A stretch of 64,000 bases of DNA, from NCBI GenBank assembly GCA_020137815.1, contig CM035351.1, forward strand, positions 5,394,001 to 5,458,000. The letters are read 5' to 3'. Both the position numbers and the translations under genes were made by a program. Shown in pieces: positions 38,401-51,500 of this stretch. The first letter of the stretch is position 1. Each line of letters begins with the position of its first letter. Under the pieces are notes generated by a model, which worked only from the letters and a program-made list of their open reading frames with translations, was not told the origin of the DNA and made no database searches. Origin of the DNA: Hormiphora californensis. Lineage: Eukaryota > Animalia > Ctenophora.

Positions 38401-41400
38401 CCAAATTCCAACCTAACGGATCACGGGTATTGCCCATGTGTTGATTGCGTGTAAGGTTCTTGCCTGACGGGCTCGAGACAACAGCTCTTGATCTTCGGGG
38501 GTACCGTTTTGCCCTTTTCTTTCATTTTTGATGTAAATACTCAACCCAGGTGCCGAGGTACTTGTGCCTCCATCCTCCACTTCAGGTATTCGGTCTCCAT
38601 TTGGAAAGGGTTTCTTTTCCCCCTGCTTTTTGGTTTCTGACTCCTCCAGAGTCTAGTGCTCCACATTTGGATTACCAAAGGCTTTGGCAGTACTAAACTT
38701 TCGGGATTCAAAGAGTTGTGATGTCATCTTTCGGGTTAGCATATGCTTAAGGTGTCCTTTGAGGCGGGGGTTAATACATTTTTTGGTTTGGAGCATCTGG
38801 ATTGGTATGGGTACCCTCCCTTGGCTTTGGGGGGAATGGCAAGGGGACAGTCCTTAAAAAAGTTATAGGGGAGACCGTCTCCGGGGAAGAGGCCCTTTTT
38901 GATGTTTTTTTGGCCCATGGCGGCCGTTTGTACTTTTTGACAACACACTTTTGGGAAACGACCCTCGAACCCCGGGATTTTTGGGGTTTACTTGCACCCC
39001 CCTGGATTTAGGATCCGGATGGGGATCGATCTAGGCCTTTTGGTAATCAAAAGGCCCAATACAAAGATATTTTGTGCGTTTGCAATGTCGCAAGACATTT
39101 TGTCGATTGTTTTTTGCTCCTACACCCTCGCTTTTTTTCCGGCACCCTTTTTTCTCTCCGGAAGACCGTTTCCCGGGGGTTGGGGTTTAAAAATTTCTTC
39201 TGATAATTTCCTGTATACATTCCAGGGGGTTGGGGGAGCAGGTTGGGGGCCCTAATCCCCCCCGGGTTGGGGGTTTCCCTTTTTGGGGTCTTTTAACGGG
39301 AGAAAGGTTCTCCCTTCGTCCCACGGGGGGACCGACTCGTAGCGGGGGTTTTCTTTTAGAACTAGCACCGTCCATGGAGGCGGGGTCGTGTTTTAAAAAC
39401 CCAAAAAGGCGTGGGACCGTAAATACCAGGGGATAACCCATTGGTCCCCTTTTTCCACGGGCTGTTACTCGTTCCGGGGTGACGGAAACCCCGTTTTTTT
39501 ACCGTTTCAAAATTCTTTTGGGCAAACCGTCTAACCCTCTGTGCAGTTTATGGCCCTTCGTTTTCCCAATTTTTTTTTCCAGAATTTTAAGGGCCCTATT
39601 TGGTCTTCTGGAGTGTTTCAAGGGTATGGATCCGACCACTTTTTCTCCATTTCCGGAAAAGTTCGCTGATTTTTTCTGGAACAGGTTTTGTAGCAAAATG
39701 TTGCTGCTTTTCTTGATCTTTTAACTTCCGGCCTTTGCCAGCAGTCTCTCTTCACTTCCTTATTCCCCGTTTATACCCTTTTGGGTAGGAGGGGGGTATC
39801 TTTAATGAATTTAGTTTGGAATTTTGGGGGGCTCCTTGCTCATTGGGGTCCCCGGGAGGGGTCTGAGCGAAGCGGGCGACACCTCTTCGAGTCGTCCAGC
39901 CACATGGTTGTTTGTTTCTTCTTGGGGGGTTGCTGGTAGATTCCTCGGTCCTCAACCCCTTTGTTCCGGACCACTGAGCTAAAGACCATCGTAGCGTGTT
40001 TAGTGTGGTTAGGTCTGGGTTTTAAACGATTTTTAAGACCGGACCTAGTGATCGATTTTCCACAGTGTTTTTCCCCCTGGGACTTGTCTCAATCATGCCC
40101 CTTTATGAGGCTCGTTATCAAGGAGTTTTGGAACACTTCTTTTCAGGGTCAGGCGTTGTTCTTCTTTTCCCCTGGGTTTTGTAGGGGCAACGGGGTTTTG
40201 GAGGTGGGTTGTCTCTTGGGCCCGCCGCCGGCCGCGTGGGCTCCTCCGTTCAGATGTGGCCGCTTCTTGATTTCCATAGCCTTTGTGGTGAAAGTAGTCC
40301 CGTATGAGTTTAGAATTCATTTGGGATTTTTGAGCTGGGGGATCAGCTTGGAGGGGGAGGTTGTCTTTAACCATCTCCCTCCACCGATTCCCCACTTCTT
40401 ATTCCGGTTGTGGTACCCGGGGATGAACACGAGCGTAGGTTCATTTCTGTGGGGCCTTTTGTTGTGGCCTCTTTGGGGGGGGGGGCGGGGTGTCTGTGTT
40501 TTTCCCCTTTTTGTTGTACCGGACCAGCGGTTTTTAATAAACCGTGAGGTCCACCGGGAGACGTTTGGCCATTGCTAGGGCTGATATTGTCATCTCCGTG
40601 GATTCACCATGTGTTCAATTTCCCTTTTAGATTGAACTGCCCAGCGATTTTTTTTCCCGGCAGGGGTCATATTTCCTTTTTCTTCCCCGGGCGTTCTCCT
40701 CTTCCCCGGGGGCCGGTTGCGGGTTCGGGGAAGTCATAACCAAGCTAGGTTCCTTGCTTTGACCCGCCTTTCCTTTGGTTTTTGGATGTTTGCTCTGTCG
40801 GATAAATGATAAGTTAGGGGTGGTTTCAAACCCAACAGGTTTTAAATAGTCATCGGTTTTTTTTGAAAAAAAAACCCCCGGGTTTTTGGGGGCTTAAAAC
40901 TGACCCGGTGAGCGGGAACGGAACCCACCGCCCCATTTGGTCCTTATAGATGGTTTGCCCCTCCTCCTTGCACTTTTCACACGAAAACCCATTTCAGCGT
41001 ACGGGTTTACTATTAATATGTCTATATGGGGGTTTGGGGCAGGGGCCGTTAAGCATTAATTTTAACGGGGAAAGGGGGGAACCCATCCTTTTCTGGGGCG
41101 GGGGAACTATCCTCTGTAAGCGGGGGTAACTATCCCTCTGGACGGGGTAAACTATCCTTCAGGAACGGGGTAGGGGGGAGATATCCTCTGGGACGGGCAA
41201 CTACCCTGGAAGCGGGTAAAAAACCTCTCCGGAAAGGGTACTATCTTTTCCGGGGCGGGGCCCTTTCCCCGTGAACGGGGTTAAAAATTTCCCCTCTGGA
41301 ACGGGGGGAAAATATTTTTAGAAAAGGGGGTTGGGGAGACATCCCCTCGGGACGGGGCCCCTTTCCCCTGGAAGGGGAAAATTCCTCTCTGGGACGGGGT

Positions 41401-44400
41401 AAAAAAATCTTCAGGAACGGGGGCTGGGGGTAGATTCCTCTTGGGGCGGGGGAACACCCCGGAAAGGGGGTAAAATTTGAAAAAAAAAAAGGGGGGGGGG
41501 GTAAAATTCCTCTCCCGGAAAGGGGTAACTTCCCTCGGAACGGCTACCAAACCTGGGGAAGCGGGGTAAACATCCTTTTCTGGGACGGGTAAACTATCTT
41601 CTCAGGAAAGGGTTGGGGGAACTATCCCTCTGGGGCGGGGCAACTATCCTCTGTGAACGGGGCAATCCAACTGGATCGAGCCCCCTTAAGAAATTAACAC
41701 CTCTCGGGGGGGGGTACTTCCTCGGAAGGGGGGTAAACTTTCCCCTGAACGGGTAAATATCCCCCTCGGAAAGGGGGATGGGGGGTTAGACATCCTCTCT
41801 GGGCGGGGGAACTATCCCGTGAAGCGGGTAAAATATCCTTCCGGGGAAAAGGGGGGGGGAAACTTTCTTCTGAAAAGGGGGACAATCCAACTGGATCGGA
41901 CCCCTTTTTTGAATTAATATCCCTCTGGAAGGGGCTCATCCTCTGTGAAGCGGGGGAAACTATCCTCTTGGACGGGTAAACTATCCTCTCCGGAAAAGGG
42001 GTATGGGGTGACTATCCTCTCTGGGCGGGCAACTACCTCTGTAAGCGGGGGTAAACTTCCCCCTGGAACGGGGGGAACTATTCTCCCGATCGGGTAAATC
42101 CAACGGATCGGACCCTATTAAGAATGGAATGGGGGTTTGCGATTAGTATCAGGTGGTTTTAGGGGTTTTGTAGGGAAAGGGGCAAGGGAGGTCCCCCAGG
42201 TAAAATATCCCCTGTGGCGGGGAAAATATCCCCTCTGGAACGGGGTTAAAAATACCCAAGGAACAGGGTATGAAAAGGGTTTAGGGGGTTTTAGATTGTT
42301 CGGTTGGTTGGGTTTGATAAAGGGCATTGGGTCCAAGGTGGCTGGAAGGGTGCCTGTTTCCCCGGGGAAACCCTAAGCCGGGAAAGGGGGGTAGGCGTAA
42401 TATTGGCATGAAAGTGGGGGCCGCCCCCAAGAAATCTTTTTTTGTTTTTATTTTTTATTTTTTCCGTTTTTTGAACACGCCACGCTTAGCCACGGCCACA
42501 CACCGAAAACGTCAAGGGGAAAAGGGGATGGGGAAAAAAGGACCCCCGGGGACCCGTGCCCGGGGGAAACCCAAGGGGGTGGTGGAGGGGGGGGACCAAC
42601 CCCCCCCTCTTTTCTCTCCTCTTTTCTCTTTCCTCTCTCCTCTCTTCTCCCCCCGCTCTCTCTCCCCCTCTCTCTTCCTCTCTCTTCCTTTTTTCTTTTC
42701 TCTCTCTCCCCTCTCTCCCTTCCCCTTTCGTCTTCCTTCCCCTCCTTCTTTTCCCCTTTTTTCCCCCTCTTTTCCCCCCCTTCCTCCCCCTTTTTGTTTC
42801 CTTTAGCCCACTCTCTTTTCCCCCCGGGGGGGGGGTTTTCCCCTTTAGCCCTTGGGGGGCCCCTCCCTTTTTTCCCCCCCCCTTTTCCCTTTTTCCTTTT
42901 GCCCTTTTCCCCATTTTTTTTCCCCCTTTTTCCCCTTTTGGGGTTTTTTGCCCCTTTGGCCCTTTTTTTTGGTTTGGGGGGGGGGGGGGGGGGTTTGGGG
43001 GTTTTTTAAAGGGGGTCCCTTTTCCCGAAAAAAACCCCCCTTTTATTGGGGGAGGGGGATTTATTTTTAATCTTGGCCCCTTTCAAAATTTTGGTTTTGA
43101 ACACTTTAAACCCCTTTTTTTTTAAAAAAAAATTTTGGGGGGAAAGGGTTTGGGGTTTTTGTTTCCGAAAGGGGGGGGGTAAAATTAGCCTTTTAGTTGG
43201 CTTCAAATTTTAAAAAAAAAAAAAAGGGGTTTGAAAGGGCCTAAAAATTTCCCCGGAATTTAAAATAAATCAGGCTTTTTTTAAAAAAAGGGGGAAATGG
43301 GGGGGGTAAAAAAAATTATTTTAAATTTATTTTTCCCCCGGGGCCCCCTTGTTTTTTCCCCCCCTTTTTTCCCCCCCAAAAAAAATTTTTTTTCCCCCCC
43401 TTTTTTGGGGGTTAAAAAAAATTAAAAAAAAAAAAAAAAGAGGGGACCTCTTCCTTTCACTTCGTCTTACACACTTGCACACACCCTCATCTTATCTTCA
43501 CTCTGTTTTCAACCCTCACTTTCTCCTCTTCCGTACCGTTTTTGTATTCCCTTTGGCCTTTTCACCTCTCTGTTACAGCGGGGGCCGGGGGGGGGGGGGG
43601 GCTACACCGCTCAGCACTTAACTTGAAGTGGGGCTCACCTGCCCAGAAGTTAAAACACCCACACACATTATATGGGCGGATTATTCGTTTAAGCTAACTT
43701 GTTGGCCAATGAAAGACACTGGTGTGCAACTTTTGAGGTTAGTTGTAACACTATGTGAACATGCAGCAGCGTTTTTTGAGATGAGAGAAAGAGAGGGAGA
43801 GAGAGAGATAGAAAGAGAGAGAAAGAGAGAGAGAATTTAGAGAGGAAAATATATATGGTACAGCGAGAGGAGGAAAACAAAGATAATATTAGATAATTTG
43901 GGAGACCGGTACTTCAGTTTCTTAATTCAAGTTGACTGCCAAACATTTACAAATCCCCACATAGGGTAAACCGGGGCAATTCGAACAACTGGGGCAATTC
44001 GAACATAGTACTGCCCGTCTCTCACCTAGTTAAGCTATCATAATGACGTCATCCTATCTCCAGAAGAAAACTGCTCGTTCGAGCCTGCCCGTTACCACTA
44101 AATAGGCTCTAGATCCGGTTTAAGTTGGTCAATTTCCGATTTGAAAAAACCAGCTGAAAGCTAATAATATCAGCTTTCAGATGGTATAAAAATTATTTAA
44201 ATATTCGCATGTTTTCATTCCAAATTCTGGTAAATTAAGATTACCGGGGCAATTCGAACAACCGGGGCAATTCGAACATGGGCAATTTGGTTAACACACC
44301 GGGGCAATTTGGTTAACTCCCGGGCCAATGATGTGCAGTTCTTTGTACCACGTGATCACGCGTGATACCGGGGCAATTCGAACAAGAACGACCAGCGTGT

Positions 44401-44796
44401 AGATTGCGTGTAGATTACATTGTTCGAATTGCCCCCACCTCTAACAACACCAGGCGGGAATCTTCTTCTGGTGTTGTGAGGACGTTCACGTGACTCCCAC
44501 GTGACGAAATAAAGCACTCCTATTGGTGTTGTCCGAATTGCCCCGGTACCATTTTTTCCGACCAAAATTTTTAAATTAGTTATTTAGTTAAGTAAATGAT
44601 GGTCCCTAGAGTTGAAATTTATCTTATTTGAAAGATAAAATAATGAACTTTAATCCTATATAATTTTTTTCATTCTATCTTTTTTTAAATGGGAGTGAGA
44701 ACCGATTAAGTAAAAAGTTAACCATTTTGCCCCGGTTTACCCTACCTCTAAAACACTGTTATAGCTGTCATTTGGTGCTTCCTCTACGGCCATCAT
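31612..44796 (-). CDS. SECISBP2: SECIS-binding protein 2 (SBP2/SBP2L family)
   Basis: First coding exon 44746-44796 (MMAVEEAPNDSYNSVLE) joins TSKLRPDVEPFV (~36490). SID: NQLDASAPNTRRGKEREDPKPKKLSKMKK|IIVKE (33301-33393, 33180-33217). CSQTVTDDLN..LREFNDK (32902-33035). L7Ae domain: RRYCCGLREARKYLKLKRVKCIIIPPNID..|GGL..VPII..SAVSIFNYEGAE (32682-32790, 32378-32537). Acidic last exon 31612-31924. Probable 5'UTR exons at ~44927-44998 and 45341-45415. Confidence 0.93.
34899..34956. repeat. Perfect AT-rich hairpin (27-bp arms, 4-nt loop) within an (AAAC/TAAC)n tract
   Basis: ttacaaagtaatacaaggtttttaatt-gttt-aattaaaaaccttgtattactttgtaa. Confidence 0.9.
37380..40620 (-). mobile_element. R4/Dong-like non-LTR retrotransposon (RT + CCHC + restriction-like endonuclease), frameshifted in this assembly
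   Basis: Minus-strand motif remnants in order: GC..Q..ID (~39110), IKKGLFPGDGL (~38880, cf. GIFQGD), DDITTL (~38720), KYLGT (~38560), CRY..ESVE.H (~37910), LIDVA / EKIEKYQ / LVIG..G (~37520-37650), LQKTVL (~37440). Confidence 0.8.
41075..42260. repeat. Tandem array of ~22-bp units with ~215-bp higher-order period
   Basis: Unit ~ggggtaaactatcctctctggaac; marker aatccaac(t)ggatcg at ~41665, 41884 and 42097. Confidence 0.8.
43964..44742. mobile_element. Non-autonomous DNA transposon with TA TSD and internal ggggcaattcgaaca repeats
   Basis: TA|gggtaaaccggggcaa ... ttgccccggtttaccc|TA. Confidence 0.88.
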
Positions 44797-46415
44797 CAGG
44801 TCTGAAGGGATAAATAGAATTAATAATTAATAATGGTTATAATTAATTAAACCCAACTAGTTTTACAAAAACTTGGCTAACTGTCATGTTTTGGATATCA
44901 TGGGGATGTTGGTGTTGGTTACTTACCGCTTTGAGTTGGTGAAGGGGAAGGTTGTGGAGGGGGGCTGTACTACTGGGTGTGAGCGTGTCGAGGAGATCCT
45001 AGGATAACAACGAAACAAAATGGTCTCTACTAGATTTTCATACCCCACTCCGAACCATACTAGAAACCCGGGATTAGTGAAGGGATAATGTTACTATATT
45101 TTGGTCTAAAAATGTCAACTTCAAAAAACAAGTGTGTATAGCGTTAAAATCACACATAAAGGGAAGAAGACGAAGCATATTTGCTGTTTTATATACCGCC
45201 CATACACGACAATGTCAGATAAGATGAACAAAACATGCTGCATACACTTCTTATGAAATGAAGCAATGTTTGAAGAAGTAAAAAAAAGCAGAGACAAATG
45301 AATTATCATATTTAATTTGGCCGGATTTGTATATAATACCTCGGTTTAATATGTAAGGCTTAGCATGAGTTATCTTCTGGTTGATGTCTGATTCAGAGTT
45401 TATTCTGCCGAGGCTGCACCGAGAAATAAGAATAAAGAGTCCTATTTTTTGACTTAGCAGCTTACAATTTAACTTTGGGCGCTAGTGAATTAAAGCATTC
45501 GCCGTAATATATATACGAACGATTGTAAAAAGCTTGGCAATTGATCCACTGGATAGGACACATGCTGTAGATCCTTTTGAAGAGCTGGAGGGGACTGTAG
45601 CACATACATTCTACCTAGTTAGAGGCGCCAGCCCCTGTATCATGCCACAGCGGAGAGATCAACAAAGAAGACAACGGGGTATGCTGAGTATATAACCCAA
45701 AGGCCAACACCGCTGTGAGAAAGATAGTTGAGAGTTGGAGCCAGAAAGAGCGGACGTCTTTACAGCTTTTAACAGAGTTAAGTTGTCGTTTTTTTAAGGT
45801 TAAAATTTAAAATTTAAATAGAGCCGAGAGAAACTTTGCAGGAAAGAACCTCTCACCAGCCCAACCTCTCCTGGTGTCGGTTGTCACTCCCTACTACTCT
45901 AATTTTCCGGCTCGAGGACGTGACAGAGCTTTGTAGCTCGGAAATTCGCGGACCCGAAGGAGTCTCTTTAGCTGAAGAAAATTATTTGAACTCCCAGTCA
46001 AGACTAGGAGAAGTGGATGACTCCTAACTCCTAAGTCTCAGTCAAGACTGGGAGCCGTACCAAGGTTCTTATTGAACACGAGTAGAGTTGAGAAGAAAGC
46101 AGAACGCGTTTTCACGTCTACAACAAACCGATACCTGGGCCTCAGATATGAAACGCAAGCAACGATTGGTTTACAAAGTGGTACATCACCGAAGTGTCGA
46201 GGGTCCCGGTTTTTTTTCAGGTTGTCGCCGAAAAAAATATCGGAAATTTCATTTTTTATTTTTTTATTTCGGAGCCATAAAAATCCGAATTTGCGCGGCG
46301 GGTGTTCGAGCGCGCAAAACCAGGATTTACGCCGCGCGGTTTTTTCGCTGAATCTGCCAAACTTTTAAAAATGCTGCCTGCCAAAAAATTTTGTATCACT
46401 TAAAAGTGATGCCTC

Positions 46416-46567
46416 ATGAGGCCCCTCGGAAATGTTCAAGTCATGCACAATCAAGTCACGCCCACCAATCACAGCTCAGAACGCGCGGAGGGCTTCGCGC
46501 GTTCTGAGCTGTGATTGGTGGGCGTGACTTGATTGTGCATGACTTGAACATTTCCGAGGGGCCTCAT
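46416..46567. promoter_or_regulatory. 152-bp palindrome with CACGCCC + CCAAT on both strands in the divergent SBP2/ZDHHC intergenic region
   Basis: ~72-bp perfectly complementary arms around loop gagggctt; gtcacgcccaccaatca / tgattggtgggcgtgac. The palindrome is seen directly; the regulatory role is inferred. Confidence 0.6.
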
Positions 46568-47072
46568 AGCATTGAGAGGAAATCGGAGGAAGATCGCCAT
46601 CACCAACCTAGCTTGCACTGAGCTTGTTACGTGAAGTGAATATATGAAGAGGATAAGAAGAATTATCAAGACCATGAATTAATTTATTATATGTTTAAAA
46701 TCACTTAAAAGTTAAAAAGCGCACTTACTGCATCTGTCTGTGGACTGTACTGAGTACTCTGTAGGATGTAGCTCATGCCAATTGCATCACTCGCAGCCAT
46801 GAAAACTGATTCGTTTTTAAATGTTTCCTAAACGATCAAAAATCACTCCAAAAGGCAAAGCAAACAAATTTATCGAAAGACGAAAACTGAAAGATCCCAT
46901 CGTTGAGACCATCTTTGGGCAAAATATGTGCATCACAAAATAAATAATAAAGTAATCCTAAAGTAATCCTAAACTGTAAAGGTCACCGAAATAGGCGTAA
47001 ATAAAAGCGGCTGTTCCAGTTTGGGTTCCTCATTCCTTTTTACTAAATTAGGTGTAGGACCAGGACATGTGA

Positions 47073-48473
47073 ATGACGAAAGTAGGAGCATGCCGAATTT
47101 CCACTGTTGCCCTTGTGGTCACATTCCTCCTCTCAGCCCTCGCTTACACCACCTGTAAGTATTTTCCATATTGTTGAGGTCAAGATATTATCTGTTGGAC
47201 CTTGCGATACCATGTTTTCACTAACATTAGTAATAATACCAAACGATGTAAAAATAAATGAGTGTCAACGGAACTGTTTTAAACTCTTTTACCCTTTTCA
47301 GATTACTTTGCTGAAAATCGGCCCTACCAGAATAAAGTCGAGTCATACATTCTTATATGTAAGTACATTTAAATACACATTCTTATATGCAATCACATTC
47401 TTACTGTTAGTTCGTGTGCAGATATCTCACTCTCAGATCTTCAGTGTAAATCTTGATCAATACTATTGCTACCCAATGTGACCACACAATGGGTATCTCC
47501 TACTGTAAATCTAGACAATAGAAATACACGGGGAAATACACCTATCCACTGCTGCAGCAGTCCACACAATACAGTACACGTGTCCTCACAATATACAGCT
47601 ACTACTACACTGTTCCTCTATTAAGCACGTCCACATGTTTCATCCAACTCTGTAATAATACAGCAATGCTACATTTGAGAATTGAGTTGCTACTCAATTT
47701 GAGTTGCTACTAGCATCGTGACAGCTCCGTCCTATTAGCGGAGATTTACATTCTCCCTGTATCCAGGGGCTACACACACTTCGCTAACACATATTATGTT
47801 TACCACCCCTTTACCATGATACAGTGGCAATACAGCAATAAAAGTATCGCCTTACAACTACCCAATAAATTGACTATAAGTTGGGTACCTACAAACCATT
47901 CCTTCCCCTATTTCTCGCTGAAACCAATGTCATTGGCAATAACATCCCGTTACTAACTAACACCATTTCATAATAACACCATGCCTTTTCAGATGTCTTC
48001 CCGGGTTTGATGATCATGTTGTACTTTGTAATTGCAATAGCCTACATTCTCTGTATTCTGATTAAACCTGATCCCATCCCTGACGAGGTAAGTTCTAGAA
48101 TTAGTTACGAAATAACGCCCCTCAAAAGGGGTACCGGATCCTACGCGACCTTCGTAGGGCGGTAGAGGAGGGGTAACTTGTTATGATCTAACCCTTCTTT
48201 ACATTTGTAAAAGAGGCGGGCGGGTGAGGGGAAACAGGGTCGAGCAAGGCAAGGGGTAACTTCGTTGGAGAGGGGTCTTTTTTGTGTCGCGAACAGCCTA
48301 CATGAGCATATTTCACAATTATCCTTTTCACAAATATCCATTTAAGTTTTAACCACTCCATAATAAGACTAAATGGTTTCTGGTAGTTGTCTTGGCACTG
48401 TGGCAAGATTGTAACTTTTAGCTTTGATTAGGAAAACTGGGATAATATGGCTGACTAAATCTCTGTGTGAGGG

Positions 48474-48506
<33 letters not shown>

Positions 48507-51500
48507 CAATTAGTGAATGTGAGAATAAGTAAACAGAGAGAGACATGTATCATGCGTGTAAAACACTCATTACCTTATAACAACAACTTCACAGTATCCA
48601 ATACTCAGAAATACAGGGTAATATGGTTACCTATCCATGCTATCATCATGTACTAGATTTATTTAGACAAACCACTGACTCAGACACCGGGGGCACCGGG
48701 GCAGCGGCCGCTTATAAAGCTTTATATTCCATGTGTTAAATAGAAGCAGTAGAATTACACATAGTACTTTACGTGTAACACGTCTAGGCGCTACTCAAGA
48801 TTTAGAGTATATATCTGTGTTTAGAGAGTCTCTCTAAACTCTTGTTTTGTTTTGTATATCCGTAATTCAAAATGTTTAGATTTTACAATGAGTATTAGTA
48901 ACAGCATCATTTAACAAGTTGTTACATCATGTCAACTATTAATAAGATACACTAAACTGTAAGAAGGTTCTTTGTCTCATTTATTACTGTGTACCAGGTG
49001 CCGTTATAAGTTGGTTACGAAGTCACCCCTATTATTGCATATAGCGCAGAGGGGGAATTTCATTACCAACGTTATAAGGGCCTTCAAAGTTACACCTCCC
49101 GGCCCTCTCAATATCCTCTTGTTACAGCTAGTACAGTAGCCAAATTCACACAAGAGACAGTATTTTATCTTTTCAATTTAACATTGCTTGCCCTACTTCT
49201 AAGGTACCCAGGAATATATAGATGGTATTTAATATGACCTTGTATCACGCATACACATTTCAATATGTCACACTGAATTCCACATCTCGCTCAACTTTGC
49301 GTAACGCGCGACACCGTTGGGGTACTGATGGTGGCGCGCGGCCCGATTCCGCTAAATCCAATCCAGATTCCAGTATTTCGCTGTCCTGGGGCAATTTCTC
49401 TGAAACGCTCCAAATTATATAATATGCAACTAACATATTTTCATGTTTCAGTATTGCTTGAGTACAGAGGAACTAGCTCGATTCATGATCCAACCAAAAA
49501 CTGCGGTGAGTCCACTTTGATGTTACCCACTAAACACCAGGGCATCTAATAAACTGTCCTCTTTGAATTGAGCCAACGTTTGACTGAACCCTCATCCTTC
49601 TTCAGGTTCAATTCCAGACACTTGCTAACCTTACCCGGCAATACACTAAATCCAGACCTGGCCTGGTGGTGAGAGAGAGGGACTACAAGCATGGTGGACT
49701 CAGGATCTGCGAGATTTGTAGTATCATCAAACCTGATAGGGCACACCACTGTACCTTGTGCGGCAGGTAAAGAATATGATTAGGTTTGCCAGTCGATCAA
49801 TTAACATGTTAGAATGTAGAAGAATGGGGACTGAAAACTGTTAAACTTGGCAGTCTTAGTTTATCTACATCGTGCCCCACTAAATAATATCGACAGTGCG
49901 CTCAGATGGGGTCGGCGGCGCCAGACAGCCCTAACCCCTCATTCATCTCTCCCTCCCTAACCCCCTCATCTCACTGTTACAGATGTGTGCTAGTAATGGA
50001 CCACCATTGCCTATGGGTGAACAACTGTATTCACGAGAGAAACTACAAGTTCTTTATTCAGACCATTTTCTTTGGCTCCGTCCTAGGATTTATTACCATA
50101 GCTCAACTAGCAACCAATATTAACTGTCAGTGTTTGGTAAGTTGATTGTCTGTTGTACTTGTTTGTTTGTTTGTTTGTTTGTTTGTTTGATTGTTTATTT
50201 ATTTCTGTTTCTCTGTCTGTTTGTTTGTTTGTTTGTTTGTTTATTACGCTGCAACAATTCCACTTTATTTCCAGAGTGTTCCAGATCCCAGCGAGGACAG
50301 GTACACTGTATGTTTGATGATGTATATAGCCACAGTGATTGCTTCTCTAATGACCCTGGCCCTATTTTGCTTGGCTCTGGATCACTGTAATAACATGTTT
50401 CACGGCAGAACCAGTTATGGTGAGTAGAAGATGTAACTGCTACACTCTAAGAGCTGTTCTAAACGAGACAAAATCTCCTATAGGAGGCAGTTATAACTGC
50501 CTCCTATAGTAGGTAGGTAAAACCATTCTAAACGAGTAACTGGCTACTCTTACCGGCTACTATAACTGCCTCATACGATCATCGTCTAGAAAGGCCGTAT
50601 GAGGCAGGTATAACTGCTAATGCATGTCATCGTGTGAGTGTAAGGTTTCCACAACGTCCCCGTATCATATTTTGTTCACACATGACAGTGATCACGTGTG
50701 CAATAGCAGTTATAACTGCCTCATAGGAAGGCCCTTTTTCTTTCTAGACGAGTATCTACCTACTATAGGAGGCAGTTATAACTGCCAGTTATAGTAGCCG
50801 GTAATGGTTCAAACTCTAACCGGCGGTTAGAGTAGAAATATCGTTCGGTAAGTCGGAAGAACCTGTCCGTTCCTCTCATGAGCGCTCATGAGTGTGTCAT
50901 GAGTGTATCATGAGTGTATCATGAGCGCTCATGAGACGTTTTTAGGTGTTTCAACGTCTCATGAGCGCTCATGAGTGTATCATGAGTGTGTCATGAGTGT
51001 ATCATGAGCGCTCATGAGTGCTCATGAGACCTTGCTCATGAGCGCTCATGAGACATGTCTCATCCCATCTCTGTTTCAATGTCTCATGAGCGCTCATGAG
51101 ACGTTTTGACCTACATGTGCTCATGAGTGTATCATGAGACATGTCTCATGATACATATGTCTCATGAGACGTTAGGGTTAGGGTTATGGTTGGGTTTAGG
51201 GTTGGGCTAGGGTTAGGGCTTTCCTTTAGGTCTAGGGACCCGTAGAGGGTAGGGCTAGGTCCAAGCCTATGGGTCAACCCTAACCCTATCCCTACGGGTT
51301 CCTAGACCTAAAGGATAACCCTAACCCTAGCCTCACCGTAAACCCAACCCTAACCCTAACCCTAACGTCTCATGAGACATATGTCTCATGAGACATGTCT
51401 CATGATACACTCATGAGCACATGTAGGTCAAAACGTCTCATGAGCGCTCATGAGATATTGAAACAGAGATGGGATGAGACATATGTCTCATGAGCGCTCA

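Larger units (their letters stand above)
35640..43440. other. Low-accuracy assembly segment (homopolymer inflation, frameshifts)
   Basis: Abrupt excess of long G/C/T/A runs; recognisable protein motifs are corrupted; an SBP2 exon shows apparent indels. Confidence 0.85.

Noticed and set aside
42327-43621. Phe/Pro/Gly/Lys-rich ORFs
   Set aside because: Products of homopolymer-inflated low-quality sequence.
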